Counted from the first letter of the stretch, positions 27,909 through 37,165 are shown. The stretch is DNA of 64,000 nt from Bacteroidales bacterium (GCA_017428245.1 JAFRRF010000020.1:6421-70420), one strand, 5' to 3'. Translations and numbers: made by a program. Notes: generated from the sequence alone by a model not told the origin.

Positions 27909-28249
27909 ACAAGAAAAAATACGAACTCATCTTCTGCATCGTCAATGCCGGTTTCGCCATTGAAGCGATGGAAGTGGCCCGCAAGGCCGGTGCGAAGGGC
28001 GGCACCATCATCCGCGCCAGGGGAACCGCCAATCCCGAAGCGGAGGAATTCTACCAGATTTCCATCCAGCCCGACAAGGAGATTCTCTGGCTCATCGTCC
28101 CCAAGGACATCAAGGACGACGTGATGCACAAGTTGTATCAGGACGTAGGTCTTTCGACCAAAAGCAAAGGCATCGCTTTCTCCGTCCCCGTCTCGCACGC
28201 CGTGGGCCTCCACGAAGAAGATGAAGAACCCAAAGAAGCAGCAAAATAA
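27905..28249 (+). CDS. PII-like (GlnB family fold) protein
   Basis: YELIFCIVNAGFAIEAMEVARKAGAKGGTIIRARGT...EILWLIVPKDIKDDVMHKLYQDV...GIAFSVPV. ATGA overlap with the upstream gene. Confidence 0.7.
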   Translation: MNKKKYELIFCIVNAGFAIEAMEVARKAGAKGGTIIRARGTANPEAEEFYQISIQPDKEILWLIVPKDIKDDVMHKLYQDVGLSTKSKGIAFSVPVSHAVGLHEEDEEPKEAAK

Positions 28250-28803
28250 TGGAAAACACCGAACCCGTCTCCAAATGGAGCATGGCCGCCAGGGACGGTC
28301 TCATCCTGGCCGCCGTCACCGTCGTCGTCTCGACGCTTACCTTCCTGACCAAGAACACCTTCCTTGGCATGCTGCTATGGCTTGTCAAGTTGGTGGGCAG
28401 CATCTGGCTCCTGTGGGTCATCATGAAACGCTACGGAAAGGCCCACCCGAATGAGTCGACCTTCGGTTATGGCGTAATCGTCTGCGTGCTGTCGGCCATC
28501 GTCTGTTCCGTATGGGCATTCGTCGAGTACCAGTTCCTGTTTCCGAATGCTGTAGCCGAAGCATTCGAACAGATGTACACCGGTTTCGAGCAGATGGGCT
28601 CAATGCTTCCCGACACGTTTACCGACGTCATGCTGAAGATGGAAGACAATTATGCGCAGATCAACTGCATTTCTTCCTTCTTCTGGTGCGTGCTGCTCGG
28701 GCTGGTCTTCAGCGCCATCCTCTCCCGTTCGACATCCGGCAACCGTTCCGTCTTTACGCCGGAAGAAATGAACCGGAACCAGGACGACGAATTCAATTTT
28801 TAA
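28249..28803 (+). CDS. DUF4199-like membrane protein
   Basis: Four hydrophobic segments. The size and the position immediately upstream of a GT2 gene are as in many Bacteroidota. TAATG overlap with the PII-like gene. Confidence 0.65.
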   Translation: MENTEPVSKWSMAARDGLILAAVTVVVSTLTFLTKNTFLGMLLWLVKLVGSIWLLWVIMKRYGKAHPNESTFGYGVIVCVLSAIVCSVWAFVEYQFLFPNAVAEAFEQMYTGFEQMGSMLPDTFTDVMLKMEDNYAQINCISSFFWCVLLGLVFSAILSRSTSGNRSVFTPEEMNRNQDDEFNF

Positions 28804-28807
28804 TCCC

Positions 28808-29761
28808 ATGGATCTCTCGATTGTCATCTCGCTTTACAACGAAGAGGAATCACTCCGCGAACTGGTCGCCTGGATTGACCGGGCGTTGGCGCCGCACGAT
28901 TACGAATATGAAATCATAATGGTCGACGACGGCAGCCGCGACCGTTCCTGGGAAGTCATTTCCGAGCTTTCGGAGAAATATCCGCAGATCCGCGCCATCG
29001 GATTCCGGCGCAATTACGGCAAGTCTGCAGCCTTGTACTGCGGCTTCGAAGCGGCAAAGGGCGACATCGTGGTCACGATGGACGCCGACCTGCAGGATTC
29101 TCCCGAGGAGATTCCCGAGATGATGCGGATGATCCGAGAAGAAGGCTACGACCTGGTCTCCGGATGGAAGAAAAAGCGTTACGACAACGTTGCGACCAAG
29201 AACCTGCCGTCGAAGCTTTACAACGCCACGGCGCGCAAGGTAACGGGCATCAAGCTTCACGACATGAACTGCGGGCTGAAGGCTTACCGCAACGAGGTCG
29301 TCAAAAACATCGAGGTCTATGGCGAGATGCACCGTTTCATCCCCTATCTTGCCAAGCAGGCGGGATTCGACAAGATCGGTGAAAAGGAAGTCCATCACCA
29401 GAAGCGGAAATACGGAAAGAGCAAATTCGGACTGGACCGTTTCATCCACGGTTTCCTCGACCTGCTTTCCATCTGGTTCCTGCAGAAGTTCGGCAAGAAA
29501 CCGATGCATCTGTTCGGCGGCATCGGCACGCTGACATTCCTGGTCGGCGCGGTTATCGCCATCTGGCTGATCGTCGACAAACTGGTATCGCAGGCGCACG
29601 GTGCCTATTTCCGTCCCGTGGCCGACCAGCCGTTGTTCTACCTGGCACTCGTAGCCGTCATCCTCGGTGCACAGCTTTTCCTCACCGGCTTCCTCGGCGA
29701 GCTGATTGCCCGCAACGCCACAGACCGGAACCGTTACAACATAAAACGAACCATCCGCTGA
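28808..29761 (+). CDS. Family 2 glycosyltransferase (polyprenol-phosphate glycosyltransferase, DPM1/GtrB/ArnC-like)
   Basis: LSIVISLYNEEESL, EIIMVDDGSRD, VTMDADLQDSPEEIP (DxD region), and two C-terminal TM helices. Confidence 0.9.
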   Translation: MDLSIVISLYNEEESLRELVAWIDRALAPHDYEYEIIMVDDGSRDRSWEVISELSEKYPQIRAIGFRRNYGKSAALYCGFEAAKGDIVVTMDADLQDSPEEIPEMMRMIREEGYDLVSGWKKKRYDNVATKNLPSKLYNATARKVTGIKLHDMNCGLKAYRNEVVKNIEVYGEMHRFIPYLAKQAGFDKIGEKEVHHQKRKYGKSKFGLDRFIHGFLDLLSIWFLQKFGKKPMHLFGGIGTLTFLVGAVIAIWLIVDKLVSQAHGAYFRPVADQPLFYLALVAVILGAQLFLTGFLGELIARNATDRNRYNIKRTIR

Positions 29762-29775
29762 CCGCGGATGGTTCG
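29746..29775 (-). terminator. 12-bp perfect hairpin spanning the GT2 stop codon; probable terminator for the convergent minus-strand unit
   Basis: cgaaccatccgc (29747-29758) pairs with gcggatggttcg (29764-29775). On the minus strand it is followed by TTTTAT. There is no T-run on the plus strand. Confidence 0.45.
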
Positions 29776-29805
29776 ATGCAGGATATCGACAGGACTTGAC
29801 AGGAC

Positions 29806-30144
29806 TCAGTCCATCTTGGAAGACTTGCCGCGGTTCTGCCAGCCGGCCTCGCTCTTGGTACGGGTGTAATAGATGACGATGTCGGCTTCGGACTTGGTAG
29901 TGGTGAAATAGACCTTCTTTTTGGCCTCGCTCGAGGAGCTGACGAAATACCAGAGCCCCTTGTTGCCCGATGCATCGCTCTTGGTGTCGCATTTGTACAC
30001 CACCAGGTCGGCTTCGCTCTTGCTCTGCGTCACGTAGACTTTCACATTGGCGTCGCTCTTGGAACTGGTGGAATACACCGTCTGGGCATTGGCCACACCG
30101 ATACCCAGCAGAAGCAGCGCACAAAGAATGAATAATTTCTTCAT
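29806..30144 (-). CDS. Small secreted protein built from six (K/S)S(D/E)A...VY repeats
   Basis: Signal peptide (GIGVANAQ). Repeats are SKSDANVKVYV, SKSEADLVVYK, TKSDASGNKGLWYFV, SSSEAKKKVYF, TKSEADIVIYY and TKSEAGW. Confidence 0.6.
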   Translation of the reverse strand: MKKLFILCALLLLGIGVANAQTVYSTSSKSDANVKVYVTQSKSEADLVVYKCDTKSDASGNKGLWYFVSSSSEAKKKVYFTTTKSEADIVIYYTRTKSEAGWQNRGKSSKMD

Positions 30145-30155
30145 AGCATATCGAT

Positions 30156-31544
30156 TTAAATATGAATGGCTTCTCCATGGACGGCCGCAGCCGCTTCCAT
30201 CAGGGCCTCGCTCATCGTCGGATGCGGGAACATCGAACCGGCCAGTTGCTTCGCGGTGACGCCGAGATTACGGGCCGCCACGATGCCGCCGATCATCTCG
30301 GAGACATTGTCACCGACCAGGTGGGCGCCGAGGACCTTGTCCGTCGCGGCATCTACCACCAGTTTCACGAAGCCGTCGCGTGCGCCGGCGGCCGTCGCCT
30401 TGCCGGAAGCCGTGAACGGGAACTTGCCGATCTTATACTCGATGCCCAGTTCTTTCGCCTTGCGTTCCGTCATACCGACCGAAGCCACCTCCGGCGAAAT
30501 ATAGGTGCAACCAGGAATATTGTCGTAATTCACCGGCGCAGGATTCAGTCCGGCAATCGCCTCGACACAGCAAACAGCCTCCGCCGAAGCGACGTGCGCG
30601 AGCGCAGGTGTAGCGATGATGTCGCCGATGGCATACACTCCTTCGACCGAAGTTTTGTAGAACGTATCCACCGGAACCTTTCCGCGATTAAGTTCGATGC
30701 CGAGCGCCTCCAGGCCCAGTCCTTCGGTATTCGGACGGACACCGACAGCCGAAAGAACCTTCTCGGCCTCGACAATCTCCTCCCCTTTCCTGGTCTCTAC
30801 CGTCAGCCGGCAGAGTTCGTCGGACGTATCGACCGATTTCACCGACGAGGAGACCATCACCTTGATGCCCGCCTTGCGGAGCGAACGGCTCACCTGCGCG
30901 CAGGTATCGTCGTCTTCGATGGGCAGCACACGGTCCATGAACTCGATGACCGTCACCTCAACGCCGAGTGAGCGATAGAAGAACGCGAACTCAGTGCCGA
31001 TGGCGCCGCTGCCGATGACGGCCAGACTCTTGGGGAGCGCCTCCGGCGCGAGGGCCTGGTAGTAGCACCATATCTTCTCTCCGTCGATGCGGGCGAAAGG
31101 CAACTCGGCCGGACGTGAACCCGTGGCCAGAATGATGTGGTCAGCCTCATGGACCTCAACCGGTCCTTCCAGCGGTGAAACTTCGACACGCTTGCCGGCA
31201 AGTACCTTTCCGCTGCCCTTGATGACGGTCACCTTGTTTTTCTTGAACAGATACTCCACGCCCTTGTTCATCGTAGCGGACACACCTCGGCTGCGTGCGA
31301 CGATGGCAGTCAGGTCCGCTGTGACATTCTCTGCAGTAAAGCCATAGTCCGAGCCCCGCTCGGCATAATGAAGCGCCTGTGCGCTCTTGAGCAACGCCTT
31401 GGTCGGAATGCAGCCCCAGTTGAGGCAGATACCGCCCAGTTCACTGCGTTCCACAACGGCTGTATTGAATCCGAGCTGCGCTGCCCGGATGGCGGCTACG
31501 TAGCCCCCGGGGCCCGCGCCGATGACGATCACATCGTATTTCAT
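30156..31544 (-). CDS. lpdA: Dihydrolipoyl dehydrogenase
   Basis: MKYDVIVIGAGPGGYVAAIRAAQLG, redox-active GGICLNWGCIPTK, and C-terminal HPTMSE. Start placed at 31544, one nt after the secA stop, not the listed 31643. Confidence 0.9.
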   Translation of the reverse strand: MKYDVIVIGAGPGGYVAAIRAAQLGFNTAVVERSELGGICLNWGCIPTKALLKSAQALHYAERGSDYGFTAENVTADLTAIVARSRGVSATMNKGVEYLFKKNKVTVIKGSGKVLAGKRVEVSPLEGPVEVHEADHIILATGSRPAELPFARIDGEKIWCYYQALAPEALPKSLAVIGSGAIGTEFAFFYRSLGVEVTVIEFMDRVLPIEDDDTCAQVSRSLRKAGIKVMVSSSVKSVDTSDELCRLTVETRKGEEIVEAEKVLSAVGVRPNTEGLGLEALGIELNRGKVPVDTFYKTSVEGVYAIGDIIATPALAHVASAEAVCCVEAIAGLNPAPVNYDNIPGCTYISPEVASVGMTERKAKELGIEYKIGKFPFTASGKATAAGARDGFVKLVVDAATDKVLGAHLVGDNVSEMIGGIVAARNLGVTAKQLAGSMFPHPTMSEALMEAAAAVHGEAIHI

Positions 31545-31545
31545 A

Positions 31546-34500
31546 TTATGCTTCTTTACCGTGACAATTCTTATACTTCTTGCCGCTTCCGCAGGGGCAG
31601 GGATCGTTGCGTCCGACCTTCTTCTCCACGTGGATCGGCGCATTCGTCTTGGGTTCTGAACTGTTGGTCAGCAGGTCCGGGCGGCTCGTCTGCATCCGGC
31701 TCATATCCGACCGTTTCTCGTGGCCTTCCGTCACAACGTCCTCAGGCTGCTGCTCCTGACGCAGGAAAAGCTGCGTACGGAGCAGGAATGCGAGCACGTC
31801 CTTGCTCAGATTCTCAAGCATCGTGATGAACAGATTGTAGCTTTCAGTCTTATACACGACGATCGGGTCTTTCTGCTCGTAAGCCGCATTCTGAACGGAC
31901 TGCTTCAGATCGTCCATCTCGCGGAGATGGTTCTTCCAGTATTCGTCGATCACACGCAGCGTAATGGTCTTTTCGACGGCCCGGATCAGTTCCCGGCCCT
32001 TTGTCTCGTAAGCCTTTTTCAGATCGACCAGTACGGTATAGCCCATCTTGCCGTCGGTAATCGGGATGGCGATATTCTGATAGAACATGCGCTTGGTCTC
32101 ATACACGTATTTGATGATCGGCCAGGAACGTTCGACCAGGGTGTCGAAACGGCGCTGCATCACGGCAAGGATCGTCTGCTGGAGTCTTTCCACCAGCTGG
32201 TCCCGCTTGGCATGCTCGTAGAATTTCTCGTCGAAATCGGGTTCCACGGAAAGGGTCTGGCGAAGCTGTTCACAGAACAGGTCGAAATCGCTGTCGCGGT
32301 TCTGCTCGACAAACATCTCACAATAGTCCGTGGCCATGTTGAGCACATCCACGTCGATACGTTCGCCCGTAAGGGCACTGCGGCGCTTGGTATAGACCAC
32401 CTCGCGCTGATTGTTCATCACATCGTCGTAATCGACCAGACGCTTACGGGTGCCGAAATCGTTCTCTTCGACCTTCCGCTGGGCGCGTTCGATGGCACTC
32501 GAGAGCATCGATGCCTCCAGGGCTTCGTTCTCGTTCATGCCCATACGGTCCACGATGCTCGAAATCCGTTCGCTTCCGAAGATACGCATCAGGTCGTCTT
32601 CCAGCGACACATAGAAGATCGAGCTGCCCGGGTCACCCTGTCGGCCGCTACGGCCGCGGAGCTGACGGTCCACGCGGCGGCTGTCGTGGCGTTCCGTACC
32701 GATGATGGCCAGACCGCCGGCCGCCTTGACTTCGGGCGTCAGCTTGATATCGGTACCACGACCGGCCATATTGGTTGCGATGGTTACGGTAGCCGGCTCG
32801 CCGGCGTGCGCAACGATCTCCGCCTCACGGGCGTGCTGCTTCGCATTCAGGACCTGATGCTTGATGCCGCGCAATTTCAGCATTCGGCTCAGCAATTCGG
32901 ATATCTCGACGGAAGTCGTACCCACCAGCACCGGACGGCCCTGGGAGATATACTCCTGGATCTTATCGATGACGGCGGCGTACTTGCCTTTCTTCGTCTT
33001 GTAGATCAAGTCGTTCTGGTCGTCACGGATTACCGGCCGGTTGGTCGGGATCACCACGACGTCGAGTTTGTAGATGTCCCAGAACTCCTTGGCCTCGGTC
33101 TCGGCCGTACCGGTCATGCCGGAGAGTTTGTGGTACATACGGAAATAGTTCTGCAGCGTGATGGTCGCGAATGTCTGCGTGGCCGCTTCGACCTTCACGT
33201 TCTCCTTGGCCTCAACAGCCTGGTGCAGACCGTCGCTCCAGCGGCGGCCCTCCATGATGCGGCCCGTTCCCTCGTCGACGATCTTGATCTTGCCGTCGAT
33301 GATCACATAATCCACATCCTTGGCGAACATCGCATAGGCCTTGAGCAACTGGTCAACCGTATGCATACGTTCGGCCTTGAGGGAATAATTGGCATAGAGT
33401 TCGTCCTTGAGCCGCTGTTTCTCCTCAGGCGTGCCTTCGCCCTTCTCGATGCGCGCCACCTCGTCGCCCAGACGGGGCATCAGGAAGAAATCCTTGTCCC
33501 CCACGGCCTGCGCCAGCACATCGTTGCCCTTGTCGGTCAGCTCCACGGTCCGCTGCTGCTCGTCGATGACGAAGAAGAGTTCGTTGGTCACCACGCGCTG
33601 CTCGATGTCCTTGTCCTGGAAAGCGGCGCGGATGACTTTGCTCTCGGCGTTCTGCAGGATCTGCTTGATACCGGGCTCGCTGAGGTATTTGATCAGCGGC
33701 GGATACTTGGGGAGTCCCTTGTGGGCGCGCAGGAGCAGGATTTCACCCTTGTCGTTGATCTCGCCGGCCGCGATCAGTTTCTTGGCTTCGTTCAGGGTCT
33801 GGTTGACGAAATTCTTCTGCGCGTTGTAGAGGCGCTCTACATAGGGCTTATATTCGATAAAGGTCTCGTCGCCGGCGCGTTCCACAGGGCCGGAGATGAT
33901 GAGCGGGGTACGGGCGTCGTCGATCAGGACGGAGTCCACCTCGTCCACAATGGCGAAATGGTGCTTCCGCTGCACAAGGTCCTTGGGGTTGATCGCCATA
34001 TTGTCGCGCAGGTAGTCGAAACCGAACTCGTTGTTCGTACCGAAGGTGATGTCGGCCTGATAAGCCGCCCTGCGGGCGTCGGTGCTGGGCTGGTGCTTGT
34101 CGATACAGTCCACGCTCAAGCCGTGGAACATATAGAGCGGGCCCATCCACTCGGAGTCTCGTTTCGACAGATAGTCGTTGACCGTAACTACGTGGACGCC
34201 TTTTCCGGCGAGCGCATTGAGGAACACGGGAAGCGTAGCCACGAGGGTCTTGCCTTCACCGGTGGCCATCTCCGCGATCTTGCCCTGATGCAGGACAATA
34301 CCGCCGATCAGCTGCACGTCGTAGTGCACCATGTCCCAGGTGATGACGTTGCCGCCCGCCATCCAGCTGTTGCGCCAGAGAGCGTAATCGCCGTCCACAT
34401 TCACGAAATCGTGCTTCGCACTCAGGTCCCGGTCAAAATCGGTCGCCTTGACGCGGATCTTTTCGTTTTCCTTGAAACGGCGCGCCGTCGACTTGACGAT

Positions 34501-34836
34501 GGCGAACGCTTCGGGAAGGACCTGGTCCAGTATCTCTTCTATTTTTTTGTCGATGGTCTTGGTCAGTTCGTCGAGTTCGGTCGCAAGTTTCTCCTTGCGC
34601 GAAACTTCCATCTCCGGATCGGAGAGTTGTTCGCGGATCTGCGCCACCTTCTCCTCTTCAGCAGCCGTGTATGCACGTACCTTTTCACGCAGCGCGGCGC
34701 TCTCGGCACGCAGGTCGTCGTCACTCAGCTTATCGATGCGGTCATAGGCCGCCAGGACCAGCTTCAGAGTCGGCGTGATCTGCTTGACATCACGCTCAGC
34801 TTTGCTGCCGAACAGTTTCTTCAGTAAATTTGCCAT
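31546..34836 (-). CDS. secA: Preprotein translocase ATPase SecA
   Basis: MATGEGKTLVATLP Walker A, DEVDSVLIDDARTPLIISG, TNMAGRGTDIKL, and the C-terminal zinc motif CPCGSGKKYKNCHG. Confidence 0.97.
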   Translation of the reverse strand: MANLLKKLFGSKAERDVKQITPTLKLVLAAYDRIDKLSDDDLRAESAALREKVRAYTAAEEEKVAQIREQLSDPEMEVSRKEKLATELDELTKTIDKKIEEILDQVLPEAFAIVKSTARRFKENEKIRVKATDFDRDLSAKHDFVNVDGDYALWRNSWMAGGNVITWDMVHYDVQLIGGIVLHQGKIAEMATGEGKTLVATLPVFLNALAGKGVHVVTVNDYLSKRDSEWMGPLYMFHGLSVDCIDKHQPSTDARRAAYQADITFGTNNEFGFDYLRDNMAINPKDLVQRKHHFAIVDEVDSVLIDDARTPLIISGPVERAGDETFIEYKPYVERLYNAQKNFVNQTLNEAKKLIAAGEINDKGEILLLRAHKGLPKYPPLIKYLSEPGIKQILQNAESKVIRAAFQDKDIEQRVVTNELFFVIDEQQRTVELTDKGNDVLAQAVGDKDFFLMPRLGDEVARIEKGEGTPEEKQRLKDELYANYSLKAERMHTVDQLLKAYAMFAKDVDYVIIDGKIKIVDEGTGRIMEGRRWSDGLHQAVEAKENVKVEAATQTFATITLQNYFRMYHKLSGMTGTAETEAKEFWDIYKLDVVVIPTNRPVIRDDQNDLIYKTKKGKYAAVIDKIQEYISQGRPVLVGTTSVEISELLSRMLKLRGIKHQVLNAKQHAREAEIVAHAGEPATVTIATNMAGRGTDIKLTPEVKAAGGLAIIGTERHDSRRVDRQLRGRSGRQGDPGSSIFYVSLEDDLMRIFGSERISSIVDRMGMNENEALEASMLSSAIERAQRKVEENDFGTRKRLVDYDDVMNNQREVVYTKRRSALTGERIDVDVLNMATDYCEMFVEQNRDSDFDLFCEQLRQTLSVEPDFDEKFYEHAKRDQLVERLQQTILAVMQRRFDTLVERSWPIIKYVYETKRMFYQNIAIPITDGKMGYTVLVDLKKAYETKGRELIRAVEKTITLRVIDEYWKNHLREMDDLKQSVQNAAYEQKDPIVVYKTESYNLFITMLENLSKDVLAFLLRTQLFLRQEQQPEDVVTEGHEKRSDMSRMQTSRPDLLTNSSEPKTNAPIHVEKKVGRNDPCPCGSGKKYKNCHGKEA

Positions 34837-34844
34837 ATTGCTTC

Positions 34845-35972
34845 TTATAGTTTTTTCTGGTATTTGTCAATCAGTTCCGAGGCCGCCGAGAACGACTCCA
34901 AGTCGCCCCGCAGCACCGCATCCTCGTACTCCGGAATCAGCCGCTCGATGCGTTCATCCTCGTAGAACATATTCTTCAGGCTTTCGTTGATACTTTCATA
35001 CATCCAGTAACGGGCCTGTTCACGCCGCTTTTTCCGGTAGAATCCGTTTCCCTTGACCAGCGCGAAATACTCTTCGATCTTTTTCAGGATCTCCGGGAGG
35101 CCTTCCTTCGTGACGGCCGACGAAGTGACGGCTGTCGGCACCCAACCCGACTCGGTAGGCGGGAAAAGATGCAGGGCGTTCGCATAGAGCGCCCGGGCCA
35201 TCTGGGCATTCTCCACATTCGTACCGTCAGCCTTCGTGATGGCGATCAGGTCGGACATTTCCATAATGCCGCGCTTGATACCCTGCAGGTCGTCGCCGGC
35301 ACCGGAAAGCATCAGCAGCAGGAAGAAATCGCTCATCGAGTGGACGGCTGTCTCACTCTGTCCGACGCCCACCGTCTCGATGAAGACTACGTCGAAACCG
35401 GCCGCCTCGCACAGAAGGATCGTCTCACGGGTCTTACGCGCCACACCGCCCAGCGAACCGGCGCTCGGACTGGGCCGGATGAAAGCGTTCGGATCGTGGC
35501 AGAGCGTCTCCATACGCGTCTTGTCGCCCAGGATGCTGCCCTTGCTTTTCTCGGAACTCGGATCGATGGCCAGTACCGCCAGGCGATGCCCTTCGCTCGT
35601 CAGATATGAGCCGAATGCCTCGATGAAGGTACTCTTGCCTGCACCGGGCACACCGGTGATGCCGATGCGCATCGTCTCCTTTTCGTTGGAAATGGCCTGG
35701 CAGCGCTGGATGATCTGCTGCGCCACGGCACGGTGACCGGGCAGCGAACTCTCCACCAGCGTGATGGCCTGGCTCAGCACGGTCGTGTCGCCCCGCTGTA
35801 TGCCTTCCATATATTCGTCTACGGACTTGACGGCCGGACGCTTCTTGAAAACGTTTTTCAGATAAGGATTGACGATCGGAGGCTGTTTTACTCCGTCGTT
35901 GATGATCAGGCTGGAATCTTCGTTATGATAGTCGTCAAAAAAATCGCCTTGGTGCGTTTTGTCGATAGCCAT
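34845..35972 (-). CDS. meaB: Methylmalonyl-CoA mutase-associated GTPase MeaB/ArgK
   Basis: P-loop GITGVPGAGKSTFIEAFG, FIETVGVGQSE, and ITKADG (NKxD-like). Confidence 0.85.
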   Translation of the reverse strand: MAIDKTHQGDFFDDYHNEDSSLIINDGVKQPPIVNPYLKNVFKKRPAVKSVDEYMEGIQRGDTTVLSQAITLVESSLPGHRAVAQQIIQRCQAISNEKETMRIGITGVPGAGKSTFIEAFGSYLTSEGHRLAVLAIDPSSEKSKGSILGDKTRMETLCHDPNAFIRPSPSAGSLGGVARKTRETILLCEAAGFDVVFIETVGVGQSETAVHSMSDFFLLLMLSGAGDDLQGIKRGIMEMSDLIAITKADGTNVENAQMARALYANALHLFPPTESGWVPTAVTSSAVTKEGLPEILKKIEEYFALVKGNGFYRKKRREQARYWMYESINESLKNMFYEDERIERLIPEYEDAVLRGDLESFSAASELIDKYQKKL

Positions 35973-35975
35973 ATG

Positions 35976-37091
35976 TTATTTGACGTTTCCGGTGATGAAC
36001 AGGTTCAGGATAGGTTTGGACGGGGCGTTGGTGATGACGGTCAGTACCTCGATCACTTCGCCGGTATAGTCGAGCGAAGCCGTCTTGAGACGGACTTTCA
36101 CCTCGGCCTTTCCGCCCGGCTTGATGGTGAGCGGCAACTGCGTCTGGATCTCCGCTGCACCCTGGCCTTCGATATGATGGATCACCAGCGGGTTCTTTCC
36201 TTTGTTGCGGATAGTATAACTTGCCTGGACGGTCGCGCCTTTCTTCACTTCACCGAACTCATAGTAGCTGCGTTCGATGACCGGAATGCCGGCCTGCTCG
36301 ATCTGGGCTTTCGAGAGATTCTCGAAATAATCCTTGATCACGCCCGTGACTGCCAATTTGTCGGAATATTCCCTGCCATTAAGGCGGAACGACGCCTCGA
36401 AACGTTGCTTGCCCCAGGATGTCTTCTCCATCCGGGCCGGATCGACGGCATAGTTGAGACGGGCCATGCTTCGGGCGGGAATCGGGTTGGGTGTCACGGT
36501 GACCGTCAGGCCCGGCGTAACCGCGAACGGCTCGACCGTCAGTTCGGTTTTCGAGAGATTGGCCACCTGCATCTGGTCGGACTTGACCACGCCCTGGTCG
36601 ATATATCCGATCGAGGTCTGGACCTTCCGCATGCCCAGCGGGCCGATCTGCGTGACGAAGATCTCGTCAAGGTCCTTCTTCTTTTCGTGCGATACACCCC
36701 GTAGCCGCAGGAGTACGGGCCGCTCAAGGCTGGATTTCCCCACGCCGACATAGACGGTCAGCGTCTTGTCGAAGGGATAAGGGCCCTGGTCGTTGCTGAA
36801 CGTGGCCTGGATCGTCCCTGTGGAACCGGGGCGGACCGGTTCGCGGGTCCACTCGGGCGTGGTGCATCCACACGATGAAATCACATTCTGGACGACGATC
36901 GGCTGAGTCCCTATATTGGTGAAAGTGAAGACGCAGGACACGGCTCCCTCGGCAATCAGCACGTCGCCGAAATCGTGGATTTTCTTATCGAAACGAACCA
37001 CGTCGGCCTCCTTGTAATAGATCTCCTCCTGAGCGGAAAGCCCGGCGGAAAAGAGCAGGAGAGCAGACAGGGATATGAGTATTTTCTTCAT
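35976..37091 (-). CDS. DUF1573 domain-containing secreted protein (three repeats)
   Basis: Signal peptide. HDFGDVLIAEGAVSCVFTFTNIGTQPIVVQNVISSCGCTTPEWT is the DUF1573 signature. Two further related repeats follow. Confidence 0.8.
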   Translation of the reverse strand: MKKILISLSALLLFSAGLSAQEEIYYKEADVVRFDKKIHDFGDVLIAEGAVSCVFTFTNIGTQPIVVQNVISSCGCTTPEWTREPVRPGSTGTIQATFSNDQGPYPFDKTLTVYVGVGKSSLERPVLLRLRGVSHEKKKDLDEIFVTQIGPLGMRKVQTSIGYIDQGVVKSDQMQVANLSKTELTVEPFAVTPGLTVTVTPNPIPARSMARLNYAVDPARMEKTSWGKQRFEASFRLNGREYSDKLAVTGVIKDYFENLSKAQIEQAGIPVIERSYYEFGEVKKGATVQASYTIRNKGKNPLVIHHIEGQGAAEIQTQLPLTIKPGGKAEVKVRLKTASLDYTGEVIEVLTVITNAPSKPILNLFITGNVK

Positions 37092-37107
37092 TTTATTTTT
37101 ATTTGTG

Positions 37108-37115
37108 CAAAGATA
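37108..37115 (-). promoter_or_regulatory. Candidate -7 box (TATCTTTG) for the DUF1573-meaB-secA-lpdA unit
   Basis: The reverse complement of caaagata matches TAnnTTTG, 17 nt upstream of the ATG at 37091. Confidence 0.45.
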
Positions 37116-37128
37116 CCATTTGTTTGAT

Positions 37129-37136
37129 TATTTTTG
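37129..37136 (+). promoter_or_regulatory. Candidate -7 box (TATTTTTG) for the M16 peptidase gene
   Basis: Matches TAnnTTTG. A TTTG at 37102-37105 could serve as a -33 element. The ATG is at 37166. Confidence 0.45.
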
Positions 37137-37165
37137 CCTCAAATTTACATAAATCAAGCCAAGTT

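Noticed and set aside
30156-31643. Long N-terminal extensions on the listed ORFs for lpdA (to 31643), ftsH (to 50512), rpe (to 55526), the amidase (to 59882), the M16 peptidase (from 37103), the DUF1538 protein (from 25906), corA (to 10419) and the Y-family polymerase (from 45342).
   Set aside because: The extensions overlap the upstream gene or the promoter region and are Arg/Pro-rich or otherwise atypical. In each case an internal Met gives the canonical N-terminus or signal peptide and a tight junction with the neighbouring gene.
31720-34827. A 1035-aa plus-strand ORF antisense to secA. Similar long antisense ORFs occur at 5148-6620, 6692-8014, 16839-18539, 19063-20088, 24283-25902, 26377-27504, 28850-30178, 37154-38533, 38549-40141, 44093-45304, 48689-49651, 50857-51678 and 56836-58248.
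   Set aside because: Each overlaps, on the opposite strand, a gene with unambiguous conserved motifs. Their translations are repetitive (V/L/D/G/H/R-rich) and carry no signatures.
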